A stretch of 64,000 nt of DNA from Chrysomallon squamiferum (lineage: Eukaryota > Animalia > Mollusca), in the NCBI GenBank assembly GCA_012295275.1, contig CM022667.1, forward strand, positions 7,688,001-7,752,000, given 5' to 3'. Position numbers and translations under genes: made by a program. Shown here in pieces: positions 34,979-53,390 of the stretch; position 1 is the first letter of the stretch; each line of letters begins with the position of its first letter. The notes below the pieces were generated by a model. It was not told the origin of the DNA and did no database searches. It saw only the letters and a list, made by a program, of their open reading frames with translations.

Positions 34979-35074
34979 ATTAATTAAAATCAGTGATGTG
35001 TTAATGTTTTCATTTGTTTAATTAATTTGTTTATATAGTTTCTTCTTCTTCTTCTTCTTCTTCTTCTTATTATG

Positions 35075-35112
<38 letters not shown>

Positions 35113-35174
35113 TTTGAAGGATAAATAAAACTATTTGAATTATATAGAATAAAATATTTGAATAATATAGAAAA

Positions 35175-35207
<33 letters not shown>

Positions 35208-38091
35208 TATAAACGTTATTTAGAATTTAAAAGAGTTCAGAATTATTATTTGATTTCAAAATACTCCTTTTTCTTTTTTTTTAAAAAACAATTCTAAATA
35301 AAGCAATTTAAAGAGAAATTACATTTATATGTTTTGTAGAAATGATTTATGAAATTATAAAATAGTTTTAAAACGCAGATAGTTTTATTGTTGTGTCAGG
35401 AACAAATTCCAAAATTCGTTGTGAAACACAATTATTTTATTCCAAAGTTTTCTAGAAATATTATTTTCAGAATTTTTTTTCCAATATAATATTTATTAAA
35501 AAAAGAGTTACTTTCAGGAAGATTTATTAATAATTTATTAGTGACTTATTGCTTAGATTCACAAAAATTTCAGAAACATTATTTAGTTTTAGAATTATTT
35601 TACTTGCATTGTTTACTTTCAAAAACATTTTAGAAACAATATATAATTTAAGATTGATATTGCAAACATTATTTATCTTCAAAATGATTTTAGAAATATG
35701 TAATTTAAGAATGATTTCAGAAATATTTTATAAACATTATTTAATTAAAGACTGATTTAGAATCATAATTTAATTTCACGTTGATTGTACTAAGATTATT
35801 TTTTACTGCACAATGATTTGCTTAATTTAAAAAAGATTTTAGAATAATTATTTAGTTTCAAAACATTAGTTTTTGAAAGATTTTAGAGATATCATTTATT
35901 TTCAAACTGATGTTTCGGTGCACGCTAAGTCTGAGAACGTTTTATTGCCAGCAATTTGAAGAAAAAGTGTTTTTTCGTGTCACTGTGAACTCGAGATTTG
36001 AATAACTTTCTGAAAAGAACCGACACGTTACGTTGACCCGGGCCCGAAAACCAATCAAATTGAGGAAATTGTCTTATTGAGTTTTTCGACTTCCTTCGTG
36101 TTCCGCAATTGCGTTCCGTCCCGATATTGAGCTTTTATTTCCGGTTCGTGGAGTATTACTTCTTGCTCGCGCTGCTACGTCACGTCTTCCATGTTGAAAT
36201 GTGACGTTGAAGAAAAAATATCGCAGTCAATAAAATCACTTGAAAAGTTAGTGAGTGAAAGTGTACAGTGTTCAACATTCGTTGTCTTCTGTGATGATTC
36301 CAGCTCAATATTTCCTGTCGTTCTCATCAATGGCGGCCGGAAGTAGTTGGTCCCGGCGCAAACGATCTTTTCAAACAGCGAAATGTATCAAAATGGCGTC
36401 ACCCGAGACTTGAAAGACGAAAATGTTTTCATATTAATGACACACAACAAAACTATCCGAGATGAACACAATTTTCACATTAGAAATACAAGAATTTCGA
36501 TCAGCGCTCTTTATGTACTTGGAATGATTACTTTGTTTCTCTGTCAGACGAAATCTGAACTGAACGTGAGTGTACGTGAAATGATTTGAAATAGTCGATT
36601 AATGGAAGATCATTTAAATCTAAAAACTTCGAAATTTACATAAAAAGAAATAAATTTAGTTGTAGTCACAATAACAGCAGTAGAAATAATAAATGTATAC
36701 TTGCAACAGTAGAAGAGTAGTAATAGTAGTAGTAATAGTAGTAGTAGTAGTAGTAGTAGTAGTAATAATAGTAGTAGTAATAGTAGTAACAGTATAGAAT
36801 TACATTGTATTATTATTAGAAGAAGTGACAGTAATGGTAATTTTTCCGAATTTTCTTTTCCTTTCAATACCATTTTATCATTTTCATTTACTACTTATTT
36901 TATTTTATTTTTATTTTATTTTTTCTTCTTGTTATTGTTTTTTTATATATGTATTTCAATTCTTGTTCTTCAAAATATACATTTTAATCACAGCTACAAA
37001 AAGGTTTTGAAGAGAGAATAAATGTAATTTGAATTTCTGATACATGTATTTATTTATTTTTACTTCCAACTGTTAAAGCGATTCATTGCTCTGCGTAAGT
37101 AAATTTGATTATTATTTGATGTACTTTAATGTTTTAACAAATTTCCTGCAGTTCCTTGCGCTCTGAAGTGAGCAACATTTTGTCGGGGGAAATGGAGCAT
37201 CTACTGTGTTGGGAGGAAATTACAACGGCATATCAAAGATGTCGATCATTACTGTGTACTCGTTGTGTGCAATGCGAGTGCTGTGCGCACCCATTACTAT
37301 GGTAAAACAGCTCCCGGCGCTACTTCCGGTCGTTATGGACGCGTTTCCGGCGAGAAGGAAAAGCATTAGCTGTTTTTCCGTCTTTTTAAGACGCCATTCA
37401 AGAAAGAGGATGTAGGTTTGAAGCAATATTGTGTGACATCTCACAAAGTATCGATCTTCAATCAAATGAACGTTTGTCATTGACTTTCTCGTTATGGAAG
37501 AAGGTAAAAAATGACTTTCCCACCACGGCTCGGATCACGTTTCAACAAAAGAGTAAATCTTGCGCAGTTTTTTTTAATTTTTTAACCCTCCGTTGTTTCG
37601 ATCGATCAGTCAATACGGTATGGAAATGACTATATGTTAATTACGTTTCTGCCCGACACGCGATGAATTCACCACGTGTTTTATTGATATCGCCAATCTT
37701 TGTCTTTCTTCTCAAAGCGAGGACGTCGCTTAGAAAATCATGACGAGGGAATCACATTTCGCGAGGAAATTGACAGCAATATTTTCCATGTCGCATTTCA
37801 CTTATTTACGCTTTGTTAATTTCACGAGATTTTGCTATAGACGAACGCTTTAATTACAGAGCAAATTTACTCGCCTTCCCCAAGCTAATGGACCAGTGGA
37901 CAACTCCAGGCTTGATAATGTTTAACGTCTCAGAGCCGCAAGCGACACAGTTAATAAAAAATTTTGCTTTCTCGAGTTTAAAGAATTTGACTTAGAAGAA
38001 AAGATGTCTAATTATTCATCACTCTCACAGGCCACGGTGCGTTTTTGTTCCAAAGTGCCATTCACCGATTTGTTTTGTTTACTTTTGGAGT

Positions 38092-38136
<45 letters not shown>

Positions 38137-38536
38137 TTTTTTATTTCATTTCTTATTATTACTGTTTTATTCCTTTATTAAATATATATTGAATGTAAAT
38201 TTGAACTAAATTGTTTTGTTCATTTATTTACTGTAAAAACTGGACAGTAAAATTACTTTCTTAATGGATAATTAGTATAACGTTCAGATTTATTTCACAC
38301 TAATAAGTAAGTAAGTAAATAAATAAATAAATGAAAATAAAATAATTAACTAATTAAATTATCAACTGAGACCAAACCTAATATCAACTTGAGAACATTA
38401 TTTTGTAGACCGCTAATCTTTTCTTCACTAGAATCTCGCTTATATTTTTTTTTACATTTAAGAACTTGCGTAACAAACAACAGCAACGACAACACCACCA
38501 CCACCACCACCACCAACAGCAACAACAGCAACAACA

Positions 38537-38599
<63 letters not shown>

Positions 38600-39220
38600 G
38601 TCTTTTCAACAATATTTTCATTTTCTTAGAACTTATTATTGGTTGAAGAAGGATCGAGAATCAAGTATTGCAAGAGTTGCTCCCCTTGAATTGCAACTAA
38701 ACCTTAAAATTCTTGAGGAAGGTAGACAATTGTCTTTTACCAACGTATATAATTAGAATTAATATTAAAGTTATCTTCAATAATATTACCGCAACAGCAA
38801 TACCATTAACAAATTCCTCTGAATTTAGTAATCATATTAAAACAATCATAATAATAGCCTGATATTTTCAGATTTAATACTATTACTATTACTAGTATAT
38901 TCACTAATATTACTTATATCGCTGTTACTAAATATTATTATAATTAATAGTCACTGCATCTTCATTGAAAATACGATTTTCATTAACACTTTACCAATTT
39001 TTTATCTCCAGTAATATTATTTTACTAATATCTCGTAATAACATAATTTATTAATTTATACTTGTATTCAAAATTTTTATTTTTTATTTTTTGAATGTGA
39101 TGTTGTTACTATGGTTATCACAAAAATCAAAAACAAAACAAAATTCAGTAGTTGTAGTAGTAAAAGTAGTAGTAGTTGTTGTAGTAATATTGGTTCTTAT
39201 AGTTTAGTACAATTATTGTT

Positions 39221-39252
<32 letters not shown>

Positions 39253-39879
39253 TACATTTACCATGTTTATTAGACGTATTGTCGTTATTGTTGTTGTTGT
39301 TTAAATACAGCGATGACGTCTGTCACAAAGTCACAGTTATAATAAATTTGTTTACCACTGTTCAGTAACCATTGCAACACCTGTTTTGAAATTTTATATC
39401 CCATTCTAACCTTTTGCTCTTTGATATTTTGTACGCGAAGCTCCGTCAGTGTTGTTATTATCACGTGACAGGTCCTGACGTCAGTTGTTACTTCTGTCAC
39501 TGCTTATGAATTAAAGTACAAATTTAACAACTTCATATTGCTATAAGAAATTCACTACACTGCATGACGTAGTTGTAGTTGACATAATCAGCCATTAACA
39601 TTATAGTTTTGTAAAAATCGGAAACGAGAAAATGTAAAAAATTCTTATAAATTTTTATATTTGAAATAAAATAAAAATAAATAGGAATAAATAAAAATAA
39701 AAAATAAAATAAACAACAAAAAATAAAATAAATCTTGAGGACTACAGTAATTGATTGCAAACTGCGATTTAAATGAAAAAAATATATAATAAAATAAATC
39801 TTAAAAATAAATCTTATTGCAGCTGTTGATTGATTGATTTATTTATTTTCTATACTATGTTTTTGAGAGCAAATTTACA

Positions 39880-40064
<185 letters not shown>

Positions 40065-40709
40065 TACTATTACTATTATTTATATCTATCTATCAATATG
40101 TATGTGTGTGACAAAACTTATTTTCTTAATTCTGTTGTGTTTTATTCTATCTTTAATAATCTGAAAATATCAATAAGTTGAAAAAGGTTTTTCTAATTCT
40201 TTCTTTGTAAATATTGTGCTTAACGTCATCGCTGCACGCGCCATGGCCTCGAATTCGTTAAAGGGATCACGTGTCCATGACAATAAACGTCTCCAAATTT
40301 TTCGTTTTGCCGTCACGCCTGATAAGTCGATTTCGCGGGAAACAGTGCATGGTATATTAATAAATTCTTCTGCTATCAGATAAAAAAAAATAATAATAAT
40401 TGTTTCTCATCACGTGGTAAGTATATTTGAATAAATGATCACCGTGTTTAACAATCGGTGTTGTTACCAGAAAAAGATCAGATTGATATGAGATCGAATC
40501 TCTTTCCCGATCATCTGAGCTTTACTTAATTTATTATGAGCAGACGACAGGATTTGAACCACGAGTCTCTGCGAGGATATTAAGAAAATGCTGAGTGTAT
40601 TAACTGGTGAAGAAAATCATGCAACTGAGTATGAATTCATCGGTCACACGAATGCGCACGTGCTTTTGTTGAATGTCAAATGAAATGAACACATAACTAT
40701 CCAAATTAC

Positions 40710-41401
40710 CTGAAATACAGTTTTATATTAAATTATTTATACTGAAATACAGTTTCATATTAAATTATTTATACTGAAATACAGTTTTATATTAAATTAT
40801 TTATACTGAAATACAGTTATATATTAAATTATTTATACTGAAATACAGTTTATATTAAATTATTTATACTGAAATACAGTTTCATATTAAATTATTTATA
40901 CTGAAATACAGTTTTATATTAAATTATTTATACTGAAATACAGTTATATATTAAATTATTTATACTGAAATACAGTTTATATTAAATTATTTATACTGAA
41001 ATACAGTTATATATTAAATTATTTATACTGAAATACAGTTTATATTAAATTATTTATACTGAAATACAGTTATATATTAAATTATTTATACTGAAATACA
41101 GTTCTATATTAAATAATTTATACTGAAATACAGTTATATATTAAATTACTTATACTGAAATACAGTTCTATATTAAATTACTTGTACTGAAATACAGTTC
41201 TATAATAAATAATTTATACTGAAATACAGTTATATATTAAAAAAATGTATACTGAAATACAGTTTATATTAAATTGCTTGTACTGAAATACAGTTATATA
41301 TTAAATTATTTATACTGAAATACAGTTATATATTAAATTATTTATACTGAAATACAGTTATATATTAAATTACTTTTACTGAAATAGTTATGTATTAAAT
41401 T
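40710..41401. repeat. 32-bp AT-rich minisatellite (CTGAAATACAGTTATATATTAAATTATTTATA)n, ~21 copies
   Basis: Directly visible. Confidence 0.96.
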
Positions 41402-42898
41402 GCATATATATTTTATGACCTAATTTTATTTTATTTTATTTCAATATATTTTATTGTTATATAAAAGTTCAGAGGCTCCTTTAATTTAGTGATTAAAAAA
41501 AATATATATTTTCATTAGCAGAAAGAATAAGAAATTAATTACAAAAAATGTACCTGATTAAAAATGTATGTTTAATGAAAACGTGTATCTCGGTCTCTCT
41601 TTTTTATTAAATAAATTAATAAGTGATCAAATAAACAGACAAACAAACAAATAAGAATAAACTAGTAAGTTACTAAATAAATAAACGAGAAGTCAGACAG
41701 ATACAAACTGATTTCATGATTTGCTAACACACATTCTGATCAAGTTACAGTGACTGTCTCTCGGCTCGACTTGTTCGTGGACACCTGCAGTCGACTTGTC
41801 ATCTCTTCATTAGCTGTCACTAATTACGTCAGAGCAAAGGTGGCGCCACTGTTTAACTGCTAATAACGCGGCCTTTGATTGGCCGCGGCGCGTTCTCTGT
41901 GATGTCCGACGTTCTGTGTTTGGAGTAGCAGCATTCAATTAAATCTCCAAAAACAATTCTTCAAGTTTCATCTCTTTCTGTCCACGTTATGCATCCTCAA
42001 TTTGATTGAGCGCGTGCATCGATCACGCGCGACTATGACGCCCACGTGCTGGTACGGCTAATCCTACTGGGACCGATTATAAAGCATGTTCGTCACATAT
42101 TATCGTCCTTAGTTGTCATAGAAACCCGACACATGCCGTAATTAATGTGTTGATTAACTAGGGTCGTGTGTAATGTTATGTTAATGATATGTTAATTATA
42201 GTAATTGTCAAATTGTGGTCGAATCTTTGTCATCAATAAATACTAAATGGCTTGGCAGAGAAATATGTTTCTCTTTTTTTTTCTTGAGAATGAAAGGATA
42301 GAAATAAACATTAAATTAAATATAATTATAATATAAGGTAACGAACAGTGAATTAATTTAAATTAAAATAACGTAAATTGAACTGAATTAAAGTAATTTA
42401 AAGTAAGGTGAATTGAACTGATTTGAATTAAATTAATATAAAGTAATGTGAACAGCCTGATAAACGAAAATCAATGAAACATATCAAAACAAAACTAAAC
42501 AAACTTTTAAATTAAATACAAGATAACGTAAATTAATAAAACTGAAATAATAAAAAGTAACGTAAAGTAAATTAAAAAAACAATTAAACTAAACTAAACT
42601 AACTAAACTAAAATTAAATTTCATTAAACTAAATTCACTTATAACAACGTTGCTATGAAACAGAAAGACACACCAAGTGACGAGTTAAATATAGTAACTG
42701 TTTTTCTGACACATCGACGTTAGTCCTTGTCACGTGACCATGGGTTACTTCTGTTCAAAAATGATTTAGATTTTCCCTTTGACCTAGGTCAGTACAAAAT
42801 TTAATTTCCTTTCGATTAATGAAAAAAAAAAAAAAAAAAAGTAAAAAATAAAAACATAATAATAATAATCATAATAATAATAATAAATACTAAATAAA

Positions 42899-42991
<93 letters not shown>

Positions 42992-43225
42992 TATTTATAT
43001 TACGTTGATGTTCATCATAAGTTCCGTGTGAAATATAAATTAAGATTATGAAATATAAAACAAAAGTCAACTAAATTTAAAATATATAAATAAATAAATA
43101 AATAAATGAAATGCTAAAAGTATTCTACAAAAATAATTTATTATTTTTTATTGTTTTTTTTTTCTGTAATTATTATTATTATTATTATTATTATTATCAT
43201 TATTATCATTATCATTATTATTATT

Positions 43226-43260
<35 letters not shown>

Positions 43261-43298
43261 TATCATTATTATCATTATTATTATTATTATTATTATTA

Positions 43299-43332
<34 letters not shown>

Positions 43333-43869
43333 GCTAATTTAAAATAAACAGAAGAAGAAAATTATTAACAGAAAAAGGATAATAAGGAATCTCTTTATGT
43401 TTCTCACAAATCTCTTTAAAAAAAGTGAGCTGACAGTGAGTATCAATTAGAAATTCACATTTTCTGTTATTTATCAGTTCCGAAATGATTTTCATGTACA
43501 AACTCGGCTTCCAGCCCGGCACAAAGAACCGCTCGATCTCTGAACGGAAGAATCGGCAAATATCCGAGTTTCAAGTAGTCTTGTTCCTTCTACAAATGTA
43601 TTCATAGGCGTAACACTGATTATTGATGGCTGCGATAAATCGTAAGCGAGTTAATAAAGTGACAAGCCCCGAGTATTCGCTCTGATCAACAACGGTCATT
43701 CTAACCAGCAATCTCGCGACGGAGCCGCCACTTCTGGTGGTGCGGTGTACTAAAGGAATAATTGCTGACTCTTTTCTGAATCTGGCTGGCGAATGGATCG
43801 CACTCTGACGCACAGATCAATTTTTTTAGCGTTTGTCTTTGAAACGACTGCCAGAAGGAAATTGAATGT

Positions 43870-46210
<2,341 letters not shown>

Positions 46211-47094
46211 GTTTAGAAAAGAAAATAATGAAAACAATTAATTCGGAACTGAAACATTATTTTTGGTTTATTTTTTGTATTATTATTGGTCTTATAGAGA
46301 CAGGAATGTGTTTGTTAAAATTTACAACAACATTTAAAAAGATTTTAACAATGAATATTTCAGCTTTGCCTACCCTGGGAAAATTCTCTGATTTACAGAA
46401 ATAAACGTTTAGTGAAATCAGGAGACCTAATCCGCTGTTACGACAGACATTCAAACCGTTCTTTGATGTTTGCCAGATGATAGACTTGTATTGTTAAAAT
46501 ATTGTTACGTTAGTTTGGTTTGCGCTGTGAATAATTTACTGTTTCGTAACCGAAATTCTATGAAAGACATTTTTTCAAAAGGACATTTCTACCGGAAGCA
46601 AATAGCGTGCAAACATTAATTGGCGGTGTCGTTGTATGTAACTCAACGTACATTTATTGTTACTGTGTGTTTGGCCATTTAGCGTAACACAGATTTCAGT
46701 GTCAGTCTAAACCCCGGTGTTAGACAAAGGTAAACTGATGTTGTAACTGAGACGTGTAATACGTACAAAAGTAAACATCACAAATAGTGGAATGTGAGAC
46801 TGAATCTACATGATTATCAATACTTCACATTTAGAAAATAAATAACAGGAAGAATTAAAATAAATTAAATAAACTGTATAAAGTTCTAATTTAAAATAAA
46901 GTAAATTCTAGGTCATATATATATATATATATATAATAAATAATAATATAATAATAATAATAGTAATAATAATAACACCACCACACCACCAGCAACAACA
47001 ACAACAACAATAATAATAATAATAAAAATACTATTACTACTACTTCTACTACTACTACTACCACTACTACTACTACTATTACTACTACTACTAC

Positions 47095-47133
<39 letters not shown>

Positions 47134-47296
47134 GGACAGTAACAACAACAATAAAACTAATAATAATAACAACAATAATAATAACGATAATAATAATGAT
47201 AATCATCAAAGGTTATCAGTAAAAGAACTACACCATCACAGTTGTTTTAACTATCTTCAATGACTGTTTTATGATTATTATTGTTGTTGTTGTTAA

Positions 47297-47342
<46 letters not shown>

Positions 47343-48070
47343 CCGCTATCGTTATCATCATCATTATCATCATCGTTATCGAAATGAAAATGTGTTTTTG
47401 AAAACATAATAACAATAATGTCCCACTATTAATCTCGCAGGTTTTAATAAATTATTTTCTTTGTTGTGTGGCGGGTTTATATTTCACCACTGTAAATAAG
47501 CCAGGCTCTTTGTACAGGTAAAATAAAAAATGTTTCACCTGTCTGGCTGCTTTTCACGTAGGTGATTCTTCAGCTTATGGTGTTAAACGAGTGTTTCCGC
47601 TTACACACTGTCCGCTTTCACGTAACACCGCGGGAGTGTGTCGTAACGCTGTCGTCGTTCCTCACCCAGAACACAACATCGTAGATAACCATGCTGAGGT
47701 TTCGCGCCTCTCTGCGTTGTTCACGCGTACATGCCGTCGTGGCAGTTGCTTTATCGCCCGCTCCCGCGATGTTTTCAGCTTCCGAGCGAAATTTAACGAC
47801 TTTAGAGGCTCATAAACTGAGAAGTTTGACAGGGAAGGCGTACATTCATTAAAAAACTCACCACGAAACCCACACAGCACAATCAGTGTAGCCAAATATA
47901 AAAAAATAATAATAAAAACTGGCTTCCTATTTTCATTAATGTATCTCTATAATTGATTTTTTTTATGTTCATCTCTCTCTTCATTTCTTTCTTTCTTTTT
48001 TAACCAGTTTCTACTGCGGATTATTACAAATGTTTTCCTCTGTCTGTCTGTCTGTCTGTCAGTTTCCAGT

Positions 48071-48181
<111 letters not shown>

Positions 48182-48583
48182 ACTTAAATCTTTATATATG
48201 AGATATCATTAAATATGTGACTTTATCCTCATTTTAAAAATCTCTCTTTATCTTTTTTCACTCTTTTTTTTTTTTTTTTTTTTTTAAAAAAACAACCTTT
48301 AAAACCTAATAGTTTATGTTTATATTCAGACATTAACTGTTTTTCTTTTATCACATATCTAATTACACGAGATTCCAAGGTACTGAGTTTAAGTGTGTTT
48401 ATGAATCAGCTGAAATTTTATCTTTCTCGTATTTTTACCAACGTTAAAAGCGACACATTCTTTATTATGGAAAGGTCTCACAAAGTAATAAAAGATTATA
48501 TTTCATTACTTCATAACAGCGGGCCATACATTTGTCAAATCTGTTTTTGTACTTCAGTGGTTTCCGCCAAAAAATATTACTAC

Positions 48584-48691
<108 letters not shown>

Positions 48692-48919
48692 GTTGTTGTT
48701 GTTGTTGTTGTTGTTTGATGTTGTCGTTGTCGTTGTTTGAATTTATCCAGAAATGCTTCACAATTTTATTTATTCGGTTATTTATCATTTTACTTTCAGT
48801 TGATGAAGAAATTATTACTGCAGATAACGGTTTGCGGCATGTCTTTTCACAATAGCTTCCATCACGTGCCTTCAAGTACAATTATTCATAAATAAATATT
48901 CCTTCCATAATGGGTCATT

Positions 48920-49330
48920 TTCGGCGCGCAATGCCACGCGCACCGTAGGCGTAATTATTTGCCGTCCTCTTGAAGACAGCGTTCATTGATAGCGACAATA
49001 TTTTCATTATTTACACCGAGACTGGGAATGTAGACTGTGGGCCGGTCGTTTGTTGCGCGTAACGCTGTGTTTCATTTAAACACTCGGGGGTTCTTTACAT
49101 CATTAAATCGCAACGACAGCGAATCGCTTAATTTCTCAGGTGCTGCGCGGCCGTCACGACCCTCAGAGCGCGCGCGTCTCTTCCCGCGCGTGCCGAGCAC
49201 GCGACCGGACCTTCTCGACCGTCGGCGGCGTACGTTCGGAGAAAAAGGGAGCGAGAGTTGATTTCACGAATCAATCGGAGCGCGTTCGGGCGGCCAATTC
49301 AAACTTGCCGAGTGGTCACGTAGTTAGGAA
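48920..49330. promoter_or_regulatory. CpG-rich non-coding island (putative cis-regulatory module)
   Basis: By eye the most CpG-dense stretch of the 3' half (CGCG runs, CCAAT at 49294). No convincing ORF or splice pair. Confidence 0.4.
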
Positions 49331-50070
49331 AGTTCCAAGTTTAACGACATCCCTCTTTTCAATGCGGCGATTAAAGACAGAAACAGTAAACACAAACAGA
49401 ACATCCAAACAAACCACGTGATTTAGAATTAAAAAAAAAAAAAAAAAAAAAAAAAAGAAAAGATGAACAGTTGAACAAAAAAGAAGGAAAAAGTCTTTAT
49501 ATAACCAGTGTTTCAGATGAAGAATTCACGTTCAGAAACGCCCAGTGAACACATAATGAGCTGCACGCGATTAACCTAAGGCAAAACTATTTTGTTTTTA
49601 AAAACCCTATTCTTTTGTTTCTTGTTAAAATAAAAGTTGCACCTGTCCTACACAGACTGAGCTTCTTTGACAGTATATAGAAATGTGATCGTTAAATTTA
49701 TTATAATGTGAAAGAGTAAAATAATAATACAATAATAAAAAAAGAAATTAAAAAAGAAAAATGGGTCAGGAAAATTAAAATAACTCACGTGTTTCTTTAT
49801 GCGAGTTTCAAACTGAGTTTAATTTGCTTTTTTAAATATATATTATAAAAATTATTTAAAAAAAAAAATATTCAAATCAGTTTGAAAAAACTCTTCCATA
49901 AAACAATGGAAACGAAAAAAAAAAAAAAAAAATTAGAATAAACGAAAAACCAATTAAAAATAACCAAAAATACTTTATTGTAATTTAATAACAAAAATTA
50001 TAATGGACAAATAATGAAATAATGAAATAATAATACAAATAAAAATAATAATAATAACAATAACAATAAC

Positions 50071-50148
<78 letters not shown>

Positions 50149-50676
50149 TATTATTATTATTATTATTATTATAATTAATGATGATAATAATAATGACAAT
50201 AATAACGATGATGATTATGATAATAATAATAATGATGATGATGACAATGATGATGATAATATTAAATAAATAAATAAATAAGGAAAACAATAAAGTAAAA
50301 TTGTACGAAGTATGTATATATATATATGTAATTAAAAATTATTAATTTTATTACTTATATTATTTTTATTATTTGTGATACTGTTATTGTTGATGTTACT
50401 GTCGTTGTTATGATCGTTGTTGTTGCTGCACTAAAAATAAATTTTTTAATTAGAATTGATATTTTGTAATATTAATTATTGTAATAATAATATCTGCTGT
50501 AATAATAGTATTAATAGCGATTTATTTTCGTTGAGACATTTAAACGGTCACTAAATTAAGTAACATTACAGTAAGCAAGTCAGAAAAATAAAATTAAATA
50601 ATATAAGAAAGAACAAATAAACAAAATAAAATAGAATCAAATAAAATAAGAAGTAAATAAATACTACTACTACTAC

Positions 50677-50715
<39 letters not shown>

Positions 50716-50747
50716 TAACAACAACAATAACACAAAACAACAACAAC

Positions 50748-50825
<78 letters not shown>

Positions 50826-50989
50826 CAAATTGAAGACTAAAAACGAAATTAAAATTAAAATTCACGGACAATATCGATTTCAAAAATTAATCTTCGAATT
50901 AAGTGAACAAAACTGTTATTTTAGCACGACGTAATTTTATTCAAGCTACAGTAGAGTCATGTTTAAACCTGCACAGTTAGGTAACAAGC

Positions 50990-51073
<84 letters not shown>

Positions 51074-53213
51074 GTAGAAACAGAAGAAAGAGGTTATCAT
51101 ATGCTCACCCCGTCGAACATCGTCACAAATTCCGTTTAGCTCGATCTTTGTGCAGTTGTAAAAAAGTTTTCTTTTGAGAGACAAAGAGAGAAATAAAATA
51201 ATGAAATCTTAAAATAAAAGAATAAAATTTGAAATAATTAAGATGTAAGGTTTACTTAACCGACTTATTAAAAAAAAAAAAAAAAAAAAAAAATTGCTCG
51301 TTCTTTCTTTTCCTTTCTTATTATATTTATTTTTAATTATCTTTCTTTTCTTCTTTTTGTCTTTTCTCTAATCTCATATTTTTATCGATCACTAAGATCG
51401 GCTTTCTGTAGCTCAATGTCAGATCTTAGGTAAATGAGTGATATTTTGATTTTACGTTCCAGCAATGACTCTCAATTGTTCAGCAAAGATATCGTGTTTT
51501 CATTTATTCAAAAGAGTGAAACACGCACAAAAAAAAAAAAAATAAAAAAATAAAAGTAAAAAAATAAATATTTAAAAAATAAAATAAAATAAATAAACTA
51601 TAATTGAAATCATGATGGACTGATCTCAAAATTCTGTTGAGTTAAATGAGTTATTTTTTTAACACCGAACTGATTTCAGGATGGCTAAAAAACGAATGAC
51701 GCAATCATAAAAAAAAAAAAATCTATAATAATTACAAACATTTACATGTCAGCAAATTATTTCTGTTTTTCTTCAGTATCATTTTTAAAATTGTTTTTGT
51801 TATTTTTTAGTTATATTCTCTCCTCTTTTTTCTAATTTTTTTATTCAGCTAAGTTTGGAACTAAAAGACTAAGCGAGATGGTTCAGCTGAATGCTTCTGT
51901 TTCCGCACTGGGCGTACACGAGAGTTTGATTTAAAAGAACAAAACGGTGATTGGAGACTAAAACATTATTGTTTCCACTGACTAATTTACTACGCAGTCT
52001 ACAGCGGACTGTTCACCTACTCGGAAATAACCTGTCAAGTGATAATGCGCGCCCGTGTTAGCTTACGTTAGATGGCGCATGCACTCAAGCAATAACGCCG
52101 CATCACTCTTGCAATTTAATGTCGAAAGCACATTAGCGGCAGCGTGAATAATACCTCTTCAGCGACGTCGCTTCCAGCAGTTTCAAATCAACACAGACGT
52201 CGGCTGTCAAAGGGAGGCAATCGAACGGAGATTCAGTTACCTGTACTTAAAGACTGGTCACGTGACCAAACTACATCCGGTGGTTGGATTCAGATTTCAG
52301 CGATTTTCTTGGCCTGTGTGAGTCGATCGTTACAGCGACGATTACCTTGTCACGACGTTGACAAATATTTTGGCGTTGTCGACGTCGAGTTGCTATTGAT
52401 CGTTAACTAGAACCCTTTCCTCGAGGCGCACACACTTCCGGTGTGGAAGAGCTAAAGGCTGAGTGCGCAGACTCCATTGTCTGATGGCTGTCTTCTCGAC
52501 GCACTTCAAAGAAAAGCAAATCACTTTTATCCTGACAGACAAAGTGATAGATCATATTACATTAACATAGACGACAAAACATCCTTGCTTCATCTTCACA
52601 TCGATTACAGCGTGCGACGTCTTCAAAGTGTATCACAGAAACAGATACACAGTCTGTAACTTCTAACATTCTTACTACGTGATATTTTTCATCTGTCTCT
52701 CCTCCATCTATTTATCAGTTCATTCAGTTCCACCCTTTTTTTCTTCTCAATATCTGATTTAAATGCATACATATATACATACATACATACATACATACAT
52801 GCATACACACACACATACATATATACATACACACACACACATACATACATACATACACAAACATACATACATACATACATACAGACACACATACATACAT
52901 ACATGAATATTTGTCTCTAATTCGTGATTTATCAGATAATTAAAAAAACTAACAATCTGACATTCAGTCGCTGATAAAAAATAAATAAAAAAATAAAAGT
53001 ATTTTTCCTACCTGTAAATTAATCATTTCTTAATTTTTTTATTCTATTTTATTTTTATCGTCATCATCATAATCACCATTTTTGTTTGTTTGTTTTAATT
53101 TATTTTGAGTGTGTCTTATTTTTGTTTTTATTATTCTATTTTATTAATGTTGTTTGTTGTCGGTGGTTTTATTATTATCATCATCATCATCATCATCATC
53201 ATTATCATCATTA

Positions 53214-53277
<64 letters not shown>

Positions 53278-53353
53278 GATTTTAAAGTACTGATAATAAT
53301 ATTTGAATTTCATTAAATGGAATTAAATATAATAATAATAATAATAAAAGCAA

Positions 53354-53390
<37 letters not shown>

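Noticed and set aside
40535-40580. Minus-strand B-box GGTTCAAATCC suggesting a tRNA
   Set aside because: The T-stem does not pair and there is no A-box or cloverleaf. At most a tRNA-derived SINE relic.
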